Virus genome (UHGV): UHGV-0021337
Length of the DNA stretch: 64,000 bases
Reading direction: 5' to 3' (one strand)
Origin: a virus
Numbering within the stretch: the stretch's first letter is position 1; the number at the start of each line of letters is the position of its first letter. The translations under genes were made by a program, and so were the position numbers. Positions 18,866 through 29,349 of the stretch are shown in pieces. The notes beneath the pieces are model-generated. The model saw only the letters and a list, made by a program, of their open reading frames with translations, did not search any database and was not told the DNA's origin.

Positions 18866-20050
18866 ATGCAAGCTTTTGACACTAATACATTAGAATATCA
18901 ATATATCCAAGCATTGTTGTACGATACATATATACCTACAATACCTGTATTTTCTTCTGCTCCAAATTCGGACACACTTAGAAGTTTGTATAGTAGTAAT
19001 GTTAGGTCAATAATAGTTTCAAATTCAATTTTAAGAATAACTGAAGAAATACCAAACAAACAATACGCTTTAACTACATTGCATCCTTATACATTTGGAA
19101 AATTTTATAAAGGATTTACAACAAACTTTATAAATAAGCAAAATTACTATAACACCGCATTACACGAGGCGTTAGGAAACTATCTTAGATTTTATAACGA
19201 TTACTACAACATTGACTTGTTGCCTCTGTATAATTGTTTCTCAAACAGATATGTTGATAGTTTTTCGTTGCCTATAAGTTATAATGATTCACTCAACACG
19301 TTTGAAGGAGCTGCAGCAAAAGCTGCTACAAGAACACTTGCAGTGCCTGTTAAAAACAATAAAAGTTATCAGATAGCTATTGAAAGTTCTGGCACCGCAC
19401 TAAATGCTCAACTTGCGTATTTCAATGGTTCAAAATTAGTAAGTTGTAACTCTACATCTGTTTTGCCTTCATACGTTATAGCATCGTCCTTCGATAACCC
19501 CGATGTTATAGATGTTAATATTGAAGGACTTGACTATACATTTGAAAAGTACTTATATCTATTCATAGAGATACCTACTGAAAATACCTCTTCTATTGTT
19601 ATTCTAGAACGGTACTCTAAAAATGATTTGTGTTTGAATCCAACATTGCTTAGGACAAACCTCTACTCTCAAAGAGCATTTAGTGATAAACTTATGCAGT
19701 ATTTAACAAGTAATGCTATAACTCCTGTTTTTAATACACAAACAAGTATTGCAGCATTACAGGATATTATGAGTTCTAAACAATTTGGAGAGATATATAA
19801 GGACCCTGAAGGGCATCCCAGAATTTTGTCAAACTTTAATCGAGGAACTTTTAACACCGGTTATGATAGTATGCATTCCTTCATTTACAATACGTTTAGA
19901 ACTGTAAACATTACTTATCCTGGTAGCGTTGATCCTGAACCGATTCGAGATTTCATGGGATATATTGATAGCGATGTTGAGCAGTTAATACTCGACGCAA
20001 AGTCAATGCCACTTTGCAAAAGTAAGATAATTAGCACTACAGGATATTAA
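18866..20050 (+). CDS. hypothetical tail/baseplate protein (Mu gpN-like position)
   Basis: 394 aa, immediately after the tape measure. The call is by position only. Confidence 0.35.
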   Translation: MQAFDTNTLEYQYIQALLYDTYIPTIPVFSSAPNSDTLRSLYSSNVRSIIVSNSILRITEEIPNKQYALTTLHPYTFGKFYKGFTTNFINKQNYYNTALHEALGNYLRFYNDYYNIDLLPLYNCFSNRYVDSFSLPISYNDSLNTFEGAAAKAATRTLAVPVKNNKSYQIAIESSGTALNAQLAYFNGSKLVSCNSTSVLPSYVIASSFDNPDVIDVNIEGLDYTFEKYLYLFIEIPTENTSSIVILERYSKNDLCLNPTLLRTNLYSQRAFSDKLMQYLTSNAITPVFNTQTSIAALQDIMSSKQFGEIYKDPEGHPRILSNFNRGTFNTGYDSMHSFIYNTFRTVNITYPGSVDPEPIRDFMGYIDSDVEQLILDAKSMPLCKSKIISTTGY

Positions 20051-20052
20051 AC

Positions 20053-20649
20053 ATGGCAACTAAACAATTTGATTTAATTCAAAATTACATATACATATAT
20101 CAATTAGATAAGTACTGTATCATTCCTTCTTATCCAGAGCAGTTAACTGACACGCTTGGGTCAACTTTTGCACAAACAAACGCATTAGCAAGAACAGCTC
20201 CTATATATTCGTATTCTTATTCAGGACCTAGAACAGTTCAGATAACTCTCCAGTTGCATAGAGATATGCTAAATGATGTTAACAGAACAAACTTGGATTT
20301 TTCTGACAAAGTAATTGCACTTGATGATGATTATGTTGATACACTTATCAAATATCTTCAAGCAATGGCATTACCTTCTTATAAAGCACAGGAAGTCTCT
20401 TCAAAGACTGTAAATCCTCCACTGGTCGCTATCAGGTTTGGCAATACATTATTTGTAAAGGGAATTGTTAGTGGTGATGTTCAAGTTACGTGGTCAGGGG
20501 GCTTAACACGAAATAATAAGTACCAAGAAGCTAATGTCACATTCAGAGTTTTAGAAACCGACCCTCAAGACGCAGATTCAATTGCAAAGTGGGGTAGTTT
20601 CCGAGGACTTGAAACAGCTTTAACAAAAGGATTGCATAGGAAAGCGTAA
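20053..20649 (+). CDS. hypothetical tail/baseplate protein
   Basis: 198 aa, within the operon. Confidence 0.35.
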   Translation: MATKQFDLIQNYIYIYQLDKYCIIPSYPEQLTDTLGSTFAQTNALARTAPIYSYSYSGPRTVQITLQLHRDMLNDVNRTNLDFSDKVIALDDDYVDTLIKYLQAMALPSYKAQEVSSKTVNPPLVAIRFGNTLFVKGIVSGDVQVTWSGGLTRNNKYQEANVTFRVLETDPQDADSIAKWGSFRGLETALTKGLHRKA

Positions 20650-20966
20650 TGGAAACAGCTATTGATAAAACATATAAAAAGTATGATTATGTATCTAGAT
20701 ATGAAGCATTTCCATACTACTACAACAAACTCGACGAAAGGTATTTCTACGGAATTACTTCGTGGTTGGACACAACTGCTGGATATGCTCTTTACACAGT
20801 TCGACCTGGTGATACTTATGACAGTATTGCTCTTGATTATTATGGAAGCCCTACTTTCTACTGGGCGATTTGTGACTTCAATAGAATTCTTGATTCTTTT
20901 TCAATTCCAGAAGTAGGCACAAAATTGAAACTTCCTGCGCTTAACGGACTGTCATTTGAGGAGTAA
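20649..20966 (+). CDS. LysM-domain tail protein (P2 gpX-like)
   Basis: YTVRPGDTYDSIALDYYGSPTFYWAICDFN is a LysM signature. 105 aa, in the gpX position before the D-like gene. Confidence 0.6.
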   Translation: METAIDKTYKKYDYVSRYEAFPYYYNKLDERYFYGITSWLDTTAGYALYTVRPGDTYDSIALDYYGSPTFYWAICDFNRILDSFSIPEVGTKLKLPALNGLSFEE

Positions 20967-20968
20967 TT

Positions 20969-22231
20969 GTGGCTGAATTATTATCTACAACTTCAAGAGT
21001 ACAAGTACCTTACATTGTTGTTACAATAGGGAACTATACATTTGGTTTATATGCTAAAACAAAAACAACAGTAGAAGTCGACAGAAAGTACTATACAGCA
21101 ATTAAAACAACATATCCAAATTATATGAAATCTCTTGTTGTTAAGAAAGTCAACGGTACGCTTAATTCATATACTTTGACTATGGAGTATGGTATAACTC
21201 AAGCTGACGATCCAAATATGTTTGAAAAGGTTTTTGGGTCTGTATCAAAGTCAAGAAAGATCACGTTTACTTATGGAGACTGTGCAACTCCGTCGTATAT
21301 GTACCGAAATGAAGAAGCACTTATAACAAATATAACATCTTCTTTAGACACAGCTAATGCAAAAATTACATACACGATACAAGCCGTCAGCTCGGCATTG
21401 AAAGCATCGGCCGGACTATTTAATTTTCCGTCTTACGCTAGTCGTAAACCTAGTGACGTTATTATCGAATTATTAAAGAATAAACAGTATGGATTGCAAG
21501 AAATATTCTATGGTATGCACGATGTATCAAGAGTGCTAAGTAAAGGCGTTATACTGCGTGATGATAAAGCAGTTTCTATTCCTGCACGTAGCAGTATAAC
21601 ACCTTGGGATTACATAGGATACCTTGTTACATGTATGGTGTGCAACACAGACTCTACAACAGGGATGAAAAATACTCGTTATACTCTTACAGTTCATGAT
21701 GATGTTTCCGAGTTTTTGGACGGACCTTATTTTCAAATAAACAGACTTACAACATCGCTTCAAAAATTGACATCAGTCGATTACTACACAATAAATGTTG
21801 GGTATCCTGATAAAGATTTTGTCTCGAGTTTTTCTGTAACTGACGACCAGTCATACGCACTTCTATATAACTATTCTGGTTCTATACAACAATCAAATTA
21901 TGTGTATAGAATCGGTGATGATGGCAACGCAACTGAAATATTTTCTCCTACATTGACAAATTCAAAATCTCTGTATAAAACAACTGAAGCTGATAGAACT
22001 TGGTGGACAGATTTAACACAGTTTCCAATCAAAGCAACTATGACGATTCGAGGGCTTCTTAGAGCTATACTACTTATGTCTTACATAAAAGTAAATGTAT
22101 ACTATTATGGTAAAAAACACATCTCAAGTGGTGTATATGTAGTTACGCAGCAAGAAGACACTATAAATCAGCAAGGGTATTTTACAACACTTTCGTTACT
22201 AAGAGTTGGAGGAGACACTGATGGTAACTAG
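20969..22231 (+). CDS. putative baseplate hub / late-control-D-like protein (GTG start)
   Basis: 420 aa between the X-like and V-like genes. RBS GAGGAG. Confidence 0.4.
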   Translation: MAELLSTTSRVQVPYIVVTIGNYTFGLYAKTKTTVEVDRKYYTAIKTTYPNYMKSLVVKKVNGTLNSYTLTMEYGITQADDPNMFEKVFGSVSKSRKITFTYGDCATPSYMYRNEEALITNITSSLDTANAKITYTIQAVSSALKASAGLFNFPSYASRKPSDVIIELLKNKQYGLQEIFYGMHDVSRVLSKGVILRDDKAVSIPARSSITPWDYIGYLVTCMVCNTDSTTGMKNTRYTLTVHDDVSEFLDGPYFQINRLTTSLQKLTSVDYYTINVGYPDKDFVSSFSVTDDQSYALLYNYSGSIQQSNYVYRIGDDGNATEIFSPTLTNSKSLYKTTEADRTWWTDLTQFPIKATMTIRGLLRAILLMSYIKVNVYYYGKKHISSGVYVVTQQEDTINQQGYFTTLSLLRVGGDTDGN

Positions 22232-22634
22232 AGCATTTATTGAAGAAGTCGACTATGCTAACGCTAAACTTCGTGTTCGAATACCAACTTTGAATGGTGT
22301 TGAAGAAAGTACTACATCTACTCCTACTGACCAGTTGGAATGGGCTTCCATCATTCAAATTCCTGGGGTGGACATAACATATGAAGTTGGAGATGTAGTT
22401 GTTGTAAGTTTCGAAGATAATGACTTGAGCTCACCTATTGTTTTAGGTTTTTTGAAGCTTGTTGAGAATAGTACAAAAAATCTACAAAATAGATTATTTC
22501 TAACAGCTGCAAATCTAACTGTTACAAATAACGTTACTTTACCAACAAACATAGTTTTTAATAGCCCCACAACTGGAACACAAGCATTATCTTTTGAAGA
22601 TTTGTGGGATTCTATACATAAGGAGACAAAATGA
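22221..22634 (+). CDS. baseplate spike protein, gpV/gp5-N-like OB fold (start revised to ATG 22221)
   Basis: KLRVRIPTLNGVEESTTS...WASIIQIPGVDITYEVGDVVVVSFEDNDLSSPIVLGFL matches the gpV family pattern (RVRV...G...W...P..G.....GD.V.V.F..GD...P.VLG). RBS GGAGGA. Confidence 0.55.
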   Translation: MVTRAFIEEVDYANAKLRVRIPTLNGVEESTTSTPTDQLEWASIIQIPGVDITYEVGDVVVVSFEDNDLSSPIVLGFLKLVENSTKNLQNRLFLTAANLTVTNNVTLPTNIVFNSPTTGTQALSFEDLWDSIHKETK

Positions 22635-23002
22635 ACGCAGTTCAGTTTCCAAATATGATATCTAATAATCAAACAAACATTGTGTACGATTACAACGCAA
22701 CGTTACAAAATTTAACTGCATTGATATTATCTTCTAAGAAGACGTTGTTCGGTGACCCTTATTTCGGAACAAACATAAAAAAACTTATATATGATAGAAA
22801 TAGTGCTGTGCTAAGAGACATCGTTATTGATGACATTTTCACAGCAATAACAATGTTTATGCCTCAAATAAGAGTTGAACGTAGAAATATAACAGTAGAG
22901 TCGTCAGGCTCTTCTTTGTATATAAATATAAAAGCTCAAAATTTGTTAGATTACAGTTTTGACGATTACACAATAAATATGTTAAACATAGAGGAGTTAT
23001 AA
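22631..23002 (+). CDS. baseplate wedge protein gpW/gp25-like
   Basis: 123 aa, between the V-like and J-like genes. RBS AAGGAGA. Confidence 0.45.
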   Translation: MNAVQFPNMISNNQTNIVYDYNATLQNLTALILSSKKTLFGDPYFGTNIKKLIYDRNSAVLRDIVIDDIFTAITMFMPQIRVERRNITVESSGSSLYINIKAQNLLDYSFDDYTINMLNIEEL

Positions 23003-26000
23003 TGACCTCGAACGAAAAATCTCTTGCAAACATATCATTTATAAATAAAGATTTTGAGTCTTTATGGACCGAGTTACTTGCATTAGTACCTAAATTAACA
23101 CGTAAGTGGGATCCGAGTCAAGCGAACGAATCAGACCCACTTGCAGTATTACTTAAACTTATTGCAATAGCTCAAGATAAAGCAAACTACAACATCGATA
23201 AAAACATACTTGAGCTATATCCATTGTCTTTGACACAACAATCTTCTGCATTTAATGTGTATGATGCTCTTGGGTACACTGTTGGGTGGTATAGAAGCGG
23301 CTCAGGACAAGTTTTATTGAAATATGTCGGCTCACTTGAAGCACCTCAAGGAGTTACAGTACCAAGATTTAGTCAAGTTAGTAATAACGATAGCTCTTTA
23401 GTTTATACTATAGTTAGTGACGATATTACATTTGCGGATAAGTCAGCTGCAGAAGATAGCAGAATTATTTCTACATTAGTTGACATACTACAAGGACGTT
23501 GTACCGACTTCTTAATAAACGGAGAATCAATCATTACTAGCAATAACCTCGACGCGAATAACCGACTTTATTTCATTGAGCCAAATATTGCTCAAAACGG
23601 CGTGTTTATTAAGTCAGCTGATAATACGACTTCTTGGAAAAAGGATGATGATTGGAAGAAAGTTTCAAACCTGTCTCAAGTTGCAAGTAACACAAAATGC
23701 TATCAATTTGGTGTAGACCCTAGAACTAGTTCTTGCTATATTCAGTTTCCTGATGATATTGGGTCTTTGATTGGCGCTGGGTTGAAGATAAAGTATATTG
23801 TATCTGACGGGGAAAGTGGTAATGCACTTAGCAGAACCATAACACAATTTTACAATAACTTGAAATTATCTTACATAAATAATGAAGGAAATGTTGACCA
23901 AGCAACTGCAAATGATATATTTTCCGTGTCTAATTCAAACGCTATTCTTGATGGTAAAAATCCAGACAACTTAGATACAACATATGATGATTATAAAAGA
24001 ACTACAAATATTGTTAACACACTTGTTACATTACTAGACTACAAGGAATATCTAAGAGACTATATACAGGATAATAGGAATATTGTTTCGAATGTTCAGG
24101 TTGCCGATAGAACTAACGATTTGTATTCTTCATATGCAGTTAAAACACTAGATGAAAATCATCAGTTCTCAACAGAGACACATTCTGCAACAGGTAATGA
24201 ATTATCCGCATACGACCTCAGACTTTATCCACTTGCAAGTTCTTCAGATACTACTACAAAGTTAGGATATGACAATTCTTTCCAGTATCTCGATAACAAC
24301 GAAGAACTGGTTACTGCATTAGATACTGCAAAAACTATAAATCACAACTTTCAAGACCTGGGTTACCCGATAATACTTACTTACGACCTAGCGGGGCAAA
24401 TATATCTCGATTCCAGAGTCACTGCTCAAGAAGCTCGTGAAATACGCGCTAATGTTTTATCTGCACTATATCAATCATTTAGCGCATATAACGTGGATTT
24501 TGGTGCAGAACCGGACTACAAGAAATTAGTTGATACAATTACAAATGCTGACAAGAGAATTCAATATGTAGCTTTACAACCTATTAGTGATTATACACAA
24601 ACATCAAAAGATAACGACCCTATCGAACAAATTGATGTTATTGAAAGGTCTGTATTAGCTGGAAAGACCCCGTGGGCAGTACTTCGCGATAAAGATAATA
24701 CGACAACTATCTCAGACGCTTACAAAGATACAGTCAATATTGCTATGGGACAAGACGCTAAAGCTAACATCGTACTGAATAATAAAGTTGCATCATATCT
24801 ACAAGCAGGTGTTGTGTTAACAGCAGTACAGGGAACAACTACAACATTAGAAGTTGGCCCAAATGAACACATTAGTTTTTTAACACCTCAATATAAAGAG
24901 GACATAACTTACACTAACTACTTATACTACAAAGTGCAGTTAAGTAACGAAATTCCTGCTAACACTCCATATATATTGCAACCAGGAGAGGAAATAACAT
25001 TTTACGAAACAACACAGGATTACGACGCTAACAATATTTATGCTAAAATCTCTGCCGGAACTATTGTCAAATCAAACATATCTCTTGAAACAGATACATC
25101 TAATTATCTTACACTTAATGCAAAGAATACAATTTCTACATTGAGTCCTGTCGAAGCATCTGATTGGGAACCTGGCGACTCTTTCTACTGCAGCTCAGAA
25201 AGTGTGTATAATCGAGTAATGGTTCCTCAAACATATTTTATACTACAATCTGGTGAGTATATTATATATTTGAAAGCATCAGGTGACTTCATAGTTTATG
25301 GCGAAGGAACCGCTGTTGCAACAAGCAATACACTAGACCCTAATGATTTTACTGAGTATCGTTCTGCTTCTAGTACTAACTTAGCATACTATCAAGAATC
25401 AGGTGATATATCCTCCTTGATGTCGTATTTCATACTTATCCAATACGAAAAAGACAAACTAATCTTTGGCGCAAATACAATACTTACATTCGGAGAAGGA
25501 TACAAATTTATTTTTGGAAAGTCAAGTGACGAACCTCTTGATAATTTCTGGGATACGAAATTCACGTCAAAAACGTTACAAACTATGTCGCCAGAATATG
25601 GATTCTATCGTATTACTTCTGCTGACTTACAAGGAACTACATCAAGAAACAATGTCTACTATTCGAAAGATGGTAACAACTGGACTGCTCTTCCAACCGT
25701 TCTTTCATCTCAGACGTCAGGAGCTACGGGATGGAGATTTATTGTGTACTTGTCTCTTGCAGTTTCTCCAAAATCTGAACAAACATTCTATACGTTCTGG
25801 TCTAAAGATTCTACACAAGCGGACGGAACATATAAACAAGACAACACGTATGTTAAACACGTACAGTTACTAGGATACAAAAACCTTGCTAAAACATTAG
25901 TGTCAACATATGATAATACAACAAACATTCCTACTAGCACTTACACATTATCCGCAAGTAAGACCTTACTCAGTAGTGCTACTAGCATACCTGTCGACGA

Positions 26001-26523
26001 AGAAGTTGAATTGTATTCATTTATAATAGCTAATGATAAAGCTTATAACATACGTGACTCTTTTGTGTCAGTAGACGGATTAGGAACATTAAAAACTCCA
26101 AATATACGGAATGTGTACTACATATTGCCTGCAATCAAACGTGGTTCTTCCTCAGTCTCTTACTATTTATATAAACCAGGTAAAACGATAGTTACTACAA
26201 ATATTGATAAAATATCTAGTTTAGTGGCAATATCCACACGCGATGGTAGTAATTTAACTCACTATTACGACGGAGCTGCAAATAAATATCAAACATTAGA
26301 CACACTCTTTTCAACTGCAGGCGCTGATTTTGTTGAGCTCCAGTTAAACGCACGGTATGATGAATTGTTCTCTCCTGCATATATACCGTCCGAAACAGAA
26401 GAGATATTAAACCCTGCTCTTTTTACAACATTTTTCAATAAAAATCACGTGTTCAATAGATATGTAATATCAAAGATAGGAAATACAGATTCCCTTATTA
26501 TAAGTTCCTTGTCAGTACAGTGA
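23002..26523 (+). CDS. baseplate J-like protein with long C-terminal extension (likely receptor-binding)
   Basis: 1173 aa. The N-terminal region (WDPSQANESDPLAVLLKLIAIAQDKANYNIDKNILELY...) is similar to the gpJ N-domain. It is followed by an I-like gene. Confidence 0.55.
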   Translation: MTSNEKSLANISFINKDFESLWTELLALVPKLTRKWDPSQANESDPLAVLLKLIAIAQDKANYNIDKNILELYPLSLTQQSSAFNVYDALGYTVGWYRSGSGQVLLKYVGSLEAPQGVTVPRFSQVSNNDSSLVYTIVSDDITFADKSAAEDSRIISTLVDILQGRCTDFLINGESIITSNNLDANNRLYFIEPNIAQNGVFIKSADNTTSWKKDDDWKKVSNLSQVASNTKCYQFGVDPRTSSCYIQFPDDIGSLIGAGLKIKYIVSDGESGNALSRTITQFYNNLKLSYINNEGNVDQATANDIFSVSNSNAILDGKNPDNLDTTYDDYKRTTNIVNTLVTLLDYKEYLRDYIQDNRNIVSNVQVADRTNDLYSSYAVKTLDENHQFSTETHSATGNELSAYDLRLYPLASSSDTTTKLGYDNSFQYLDNNEELVTALDTAKTINHNFQDLGYPIILTYDLAGQIYLDSRVTAQEAREIRANVLSALYQSFSAYNVDFGAEPDYKKLVDTITNADKRIQYVALQPISDYTQTSKDNDPIEQIDVIERSVLAGKTPWAVLRDKDNTTTISDAYKDTVNIAMGQDAKANIVLNNKVASYLQAGVVLTAVQGTTTTLEVGPNEHISFLTPQYKEDITYTNYLYYKVQLSNEIPANTPYILQPGEEITFYETTQDYDANNIYAKISAGTIVKSNISLETDTSNYLTLNAKNTISTLSPVEASDWEPGDSFYCSSESVYNRVMVPQTYFILQSGEYIIYLKASGDFIVYGEGTAVATSNTLDPNDFTEYRSASSTNLAYYQESGDISSLMSYFILIQYEKDKLIFGANTILTFGEGYKFIFGKSSDEPLDNFWDTKFTSKTLQTMSPEYGFYRITSADLQGTTSRNNVYYSKDGNNWTALPTVLSSQTSGATGWRFIVYLSLAVSPKSEQTFYTFWSKDSTQADGTYKQDNTYVKHVQLLGYKNLAKTLVSTYDNTTNIPTSTYTLSASKTLLSSATSIPVDEEVELYSFIIANDKAYNIRDSFVSVDGLGTLKTPNIRNVYYILPAIKRGSSSVSYYLYKPGKTIVTTNIDKISSLVAISTRDGSNLTHYYDGAANKYQTLDTLFSTAGADFVELQLNARYDELFSPAYIPSETEEILNPALFTTFFNKNHVFNRYVISKIGNTDSLIISSLSVQ

Positions 26524-26530
26524 GGTATAT

Positions 26531-27043
26531 ATGTTTACTACAACACAAAATGTTCCTGCAATATATGTAGAAAAGTCTAGAGATTTTCAACTTCTTTGTA
26601 ACATTGTTGACGTTTTTGTTAATTCAGTTACAGGAAACGCTAATAAAATGCAACTACAAAATTCAGCACAATTCTGTGATGAACGTATGTTGCCATTACT
26701 TGCTACATATGTTGGATTCTTCACACAAGAATATCTACCTGCAGCTGTGCAAAGGAACATTATCTCCGTTTTTCCATTTATCATAAAGAATAAAGGAAAT
26801 AAACAAAGTATAGATGTAGCTGCAAAAGCTGCTTTACGAGTTTATCCTCTTATAAATAGTATTACTACTAACATCAAGAACGACACTTACACTGTGTTCA
26901 TACTCTGCAATTGTCAGAACTGGTTTGATATTGATGAACGGTATATTCGAGAAGTTATGAAATACACGTTGCCTACAGGTTATCTGCTTGCACTTATTCA
27001 AAAAGTTGGAGCGGAAGAGCGGGTACGCTACATAACATTGTAA
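26531..27043 (+). CDS. putative baseplate protein gpI-like
   Basis: 170 aa, directly after the J-like gene. Confidence 0.35.
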   Translation: MFTTTQNVPAIYVEKSRDFQLLCNIVDVFVNSVTGNANKMQLQNSAQFCDERMLPLLATYVGFFTQEYLPAAVQRNIISVFPFIIKNKGNKQSIDVAAKAALRVYPLINSITTNIKNDTYTVFILCNCQNWFDIDERYIREVMKYTLPTGYLLALIQKVGAEERVRYITL

Positions 27044-27073
27044 ATAAACTCAGAAACATATTGTATAACATGT

Positions 27074-27484
27074 ATGAATCTATTAGATAGCACCGTACAT
27101 AATGACACTGTTGTGTGCAGGTTTATGCGAAATACGTACAAAGAGGATGAATTTTCAAGAGTTGTCAATGACCTGCTACAAGTACCAAGCTTTGTAATCA
27201 AGCTAACATCTTTTGAGATACATTTTAATTATTGTAGCAAATATTTTGTACTACCGTTATCTTTATTTGATAAGTTTAGTTCTGTGTATGTTAGTCAAGC
27301 TTATAGCCGCGATGACATGGCAGCAAACAAGAACGATGTAGAAACACTAGTTATTGCACAAAAACATAAACCTAAATCGTTGCATCTACTAGAAAAAGTT
27401 AACAATAAATGGTGTGTACCATTACATAGTCAAATACGAATTACAAAGTCAAAAGATATCGTATTAGATGACGGCGAATTATAA
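27074..27484 (+). CDS. hypothetical protein (136 aa; no clear RBS)
   Basis: ORF with an upstream TTGTATAAC -10-like element. A terminator follows. Confidence 0.35.
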   Translation: MNLLDSTVHNDTVVCRFMRNTYKEDEFSRVVNDLLQVPSFVIKLTSFEIHFNYCSKYFVLPLSLFDKFSSVYVSQAYSRDDMAANKNDVETLVIAQKHKPKSLHLLEKVNNKWCVPLHSQIRITKSKDIVLDDGEL

Positions 27485-27511
27485 GAGCAGATTTACTGCT
27501 CTTATTTTTTT
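27483..27511 (+). terminator. rho-independent terminator closing the structural module
   Basis: AAGAGCAG-attta-CTGCTCTT followed by ATTTTTTT. Confidence 0.75.
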
Positions 27512-27538
27512 GATTCTTTACACTTTGTATATTATAAT
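27510..27538 (+). promoter_or_regulatory. sigma-A-type promoter TTGATT-17-TATAAT (with TGTATAT upstream of the -10)
   Basis: -35 at 27510-27515 and -10 at 27533-27538, 17-nt spacer. It drives the MTase-SbcCD operon. Confidence 0.6.
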
Positions 27539-27544
27539 GTAAGT

Positions 27545-28288
27545 ATGAACGAAAACAACATTGAACTTTATTTAGGTAACTGGAAAGAACGATTTAAAAC
27601 AATTCCCGACAAATCTATTGATTTGATTTATACCGACCCACCGTATGATATAGGCATATTTAGACCAGGTTCAGGTGGCAGCGTTAACAACATAATGAAG
27701 TTAGATAAGACGTTGTTGCCTATAAATCAAATAACCGAAACAAAATACAATCTAACAGAATTCTGCGACGAAGCAGTTCGAGTTATGAAAGATATCAATA
27801 TTTATATATGGTGTAACAAGCCTCAGATAATTCATTACTTCAATTACTTTGTTAACGAGTTAGGATGCAAGTATGATATTCTATTCTGGAATAAAACAAA
27901 TGCTCTACCGACATATTCAAATAAATACTTAACGGATTGTGAGTATCTATTAGTTTTTCGTAAAGGGAAAGCAGCGTTACATCCAGAATGTTATGAAGAT
28001 GCAAAAACTGTTTTTCAAAGTCCTATAAATCGAGAAAACAAGATTTATAAACACCCTAACATAAAACCTCTTGAATTAGTTCTACGTGGTATTAAAAATT
28101 CATCAAAGGAAGGCGATATAGTTCTAGACCCATTCATGGGAAGTGGAACCACTGGCGTTGCATGTAAACAAACCGGCAGGAAATTCATTGGATGTGAGAT
28201 AAATCCAGAATTCTTTGAAACAGCACAGCAACGAATACTTGGAACTGAGTATCAAGTTACGTCTACCAAAGGAGGTTTGTGGGATTGA
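27545..28288 (+). CDS. DNA methyltransferase, beta-class (N6-adenine or N4-cytosine)
   Basis: Motif IV (DLIYTDPPYD) is near the N-terminus. Motif I (VLDPFMGSGTTGVA) is near the C-terminus. The order IV then I indicates the beta class. Confidence 0.8.
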   Translation: MNENNIELYLGNWKERFKTIPDKSIDLIYTDPPYDIGIFRPGSGGSVNNIMKLDKTLLPINQITETKYNLTEFCDEAVRVMKDINIYIWCNKPQIIHYFNYFVNELGCKYDILFWNKTNALPTYSNKYLTDCEYLLVFRKGKAALHPECYEDAKTVFQSPINRENKIYKHPNIKPLELVLRGIKNSSKEGDIVLDPFMGSGTTGVACKQTGRKFIGCEINPEFFETAQQRILGTEYQVTSTKGGLWD

Positions 28289-29349
28289 AGATTGTTTTTT
28301 ATAGCGATGTACATTTTAGTACTTACTCAAGTATTTTTCGCAAACGTGGAAAAACATATTCTGCAAGACTTGAGAGTTGCATAAACAGCGTCGGATGGGC
28401 AGAAGACTACGCAGAGCGGATAGGAGCCGATTTAATTGTAATAGGTGGAGACTTTTTTGATAAAAGTGATTTAAGCGCCGAAGAATTAACTGCGTTGAAA
28501 GAGGTCTATTTCAGTCAAAAAATAAACCACACTGTACTTGTAGGAAATCATGAGATGAAAACTAGAAACAGGTCTCTTACAAGCGCACATCTATTTCAAA
28601 CCCTACACGGTACGTTTGATGTTTTTGATACTCCTGTTGTCTGGAAAGGTCTTGAAATTAACAAAAATTTTAACTATGTTTTTCTACCTTATATAAATGA
28701 AGAAGAAAGGCACGCATTTGTTGAGTATCTTCCAAACAATGATTTACCTTCAATTGTATTCAGTCACAACGACATTGCAGGAATCCAACTAGGTCAGTTT
28801 ACCTCAAAAGAAGGATTTGAAATAAAAGATGTTGAACAATCTTCTGCATTATTCATAAACGGACATCTTCATAACGGAACTTTCCTAAATCAAAAGCATA
28901 CTATTTGTAACGTAGGTAATCTAACAGGAAAAGATTTCGGAGAAAACGGATTTCAGTTTAAGCATCAACTTGCAGTAATTGACACTGATACAATGAGCGT
29001 TGAGTTAGTAGATAATCCTTATGCAGCATATTTCTATAAATTTGAATTTCATAAAAGTATATCCGAAAGTGAAATACAGAATATTTGTAGTTCTCTTGCT
29101 CCTATTTCGTGTATTACATGTAAAGTAGAAATCGACGATGTACAAGTAGTAAAATCCGCACTAGACAATTTACCTTGGGTAGTGGACTATCGCCTGATTG
29201 CGACTAAAGCACAAGGCGAGCAACCCGAAAGTGACAATGTTGTTGACACATTTGCATCAATTGACCACATAGCAGCATTCAAGACTTATATTAAGTCACA
29301 AATCGGTAACTCTGAGTTATTAGAAAAGGAGTTACAAGAATTAGTATGA
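28279..29349 (+). CDS. sbcD: SbcD/Mre11-like nuclease (GTG start)
   Basis: Phosphoesterase motifs are present: DVHFS, GGDFFD, GNHE, GHLH. Confidence 0.8.
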   Translation: MGLKIVFYSDVHFSTYSSIFRKRGKTYSARLESCINSVGWAEDYAERIGADLIVIGGDFFDKSDLSAEELTALKEVYFSQKINHTVLVGNHEMKTRNRSLTSAHLFQTLHGTFDVFDTPVVWKGLEINKNFNYVFLPYINEEERHAFVEYLPNNDLPSIVFSHNDIAGIQLGQFTSKEGFEIKDVEQSSALFINGHLHNGTFLNQKHTICNVGNLTGKDFGENGFQFKHQLAVIDTDTMSVELVDNPYAAYFYKFEFHKSISESEIQNICSSLAPISCITCKVEIDDVQVVKSALDNLPWVVDYRLIATKAQGEQPESDNVVDTFASIDHIAAFKTYIKSQIGNSELLEKELQELV

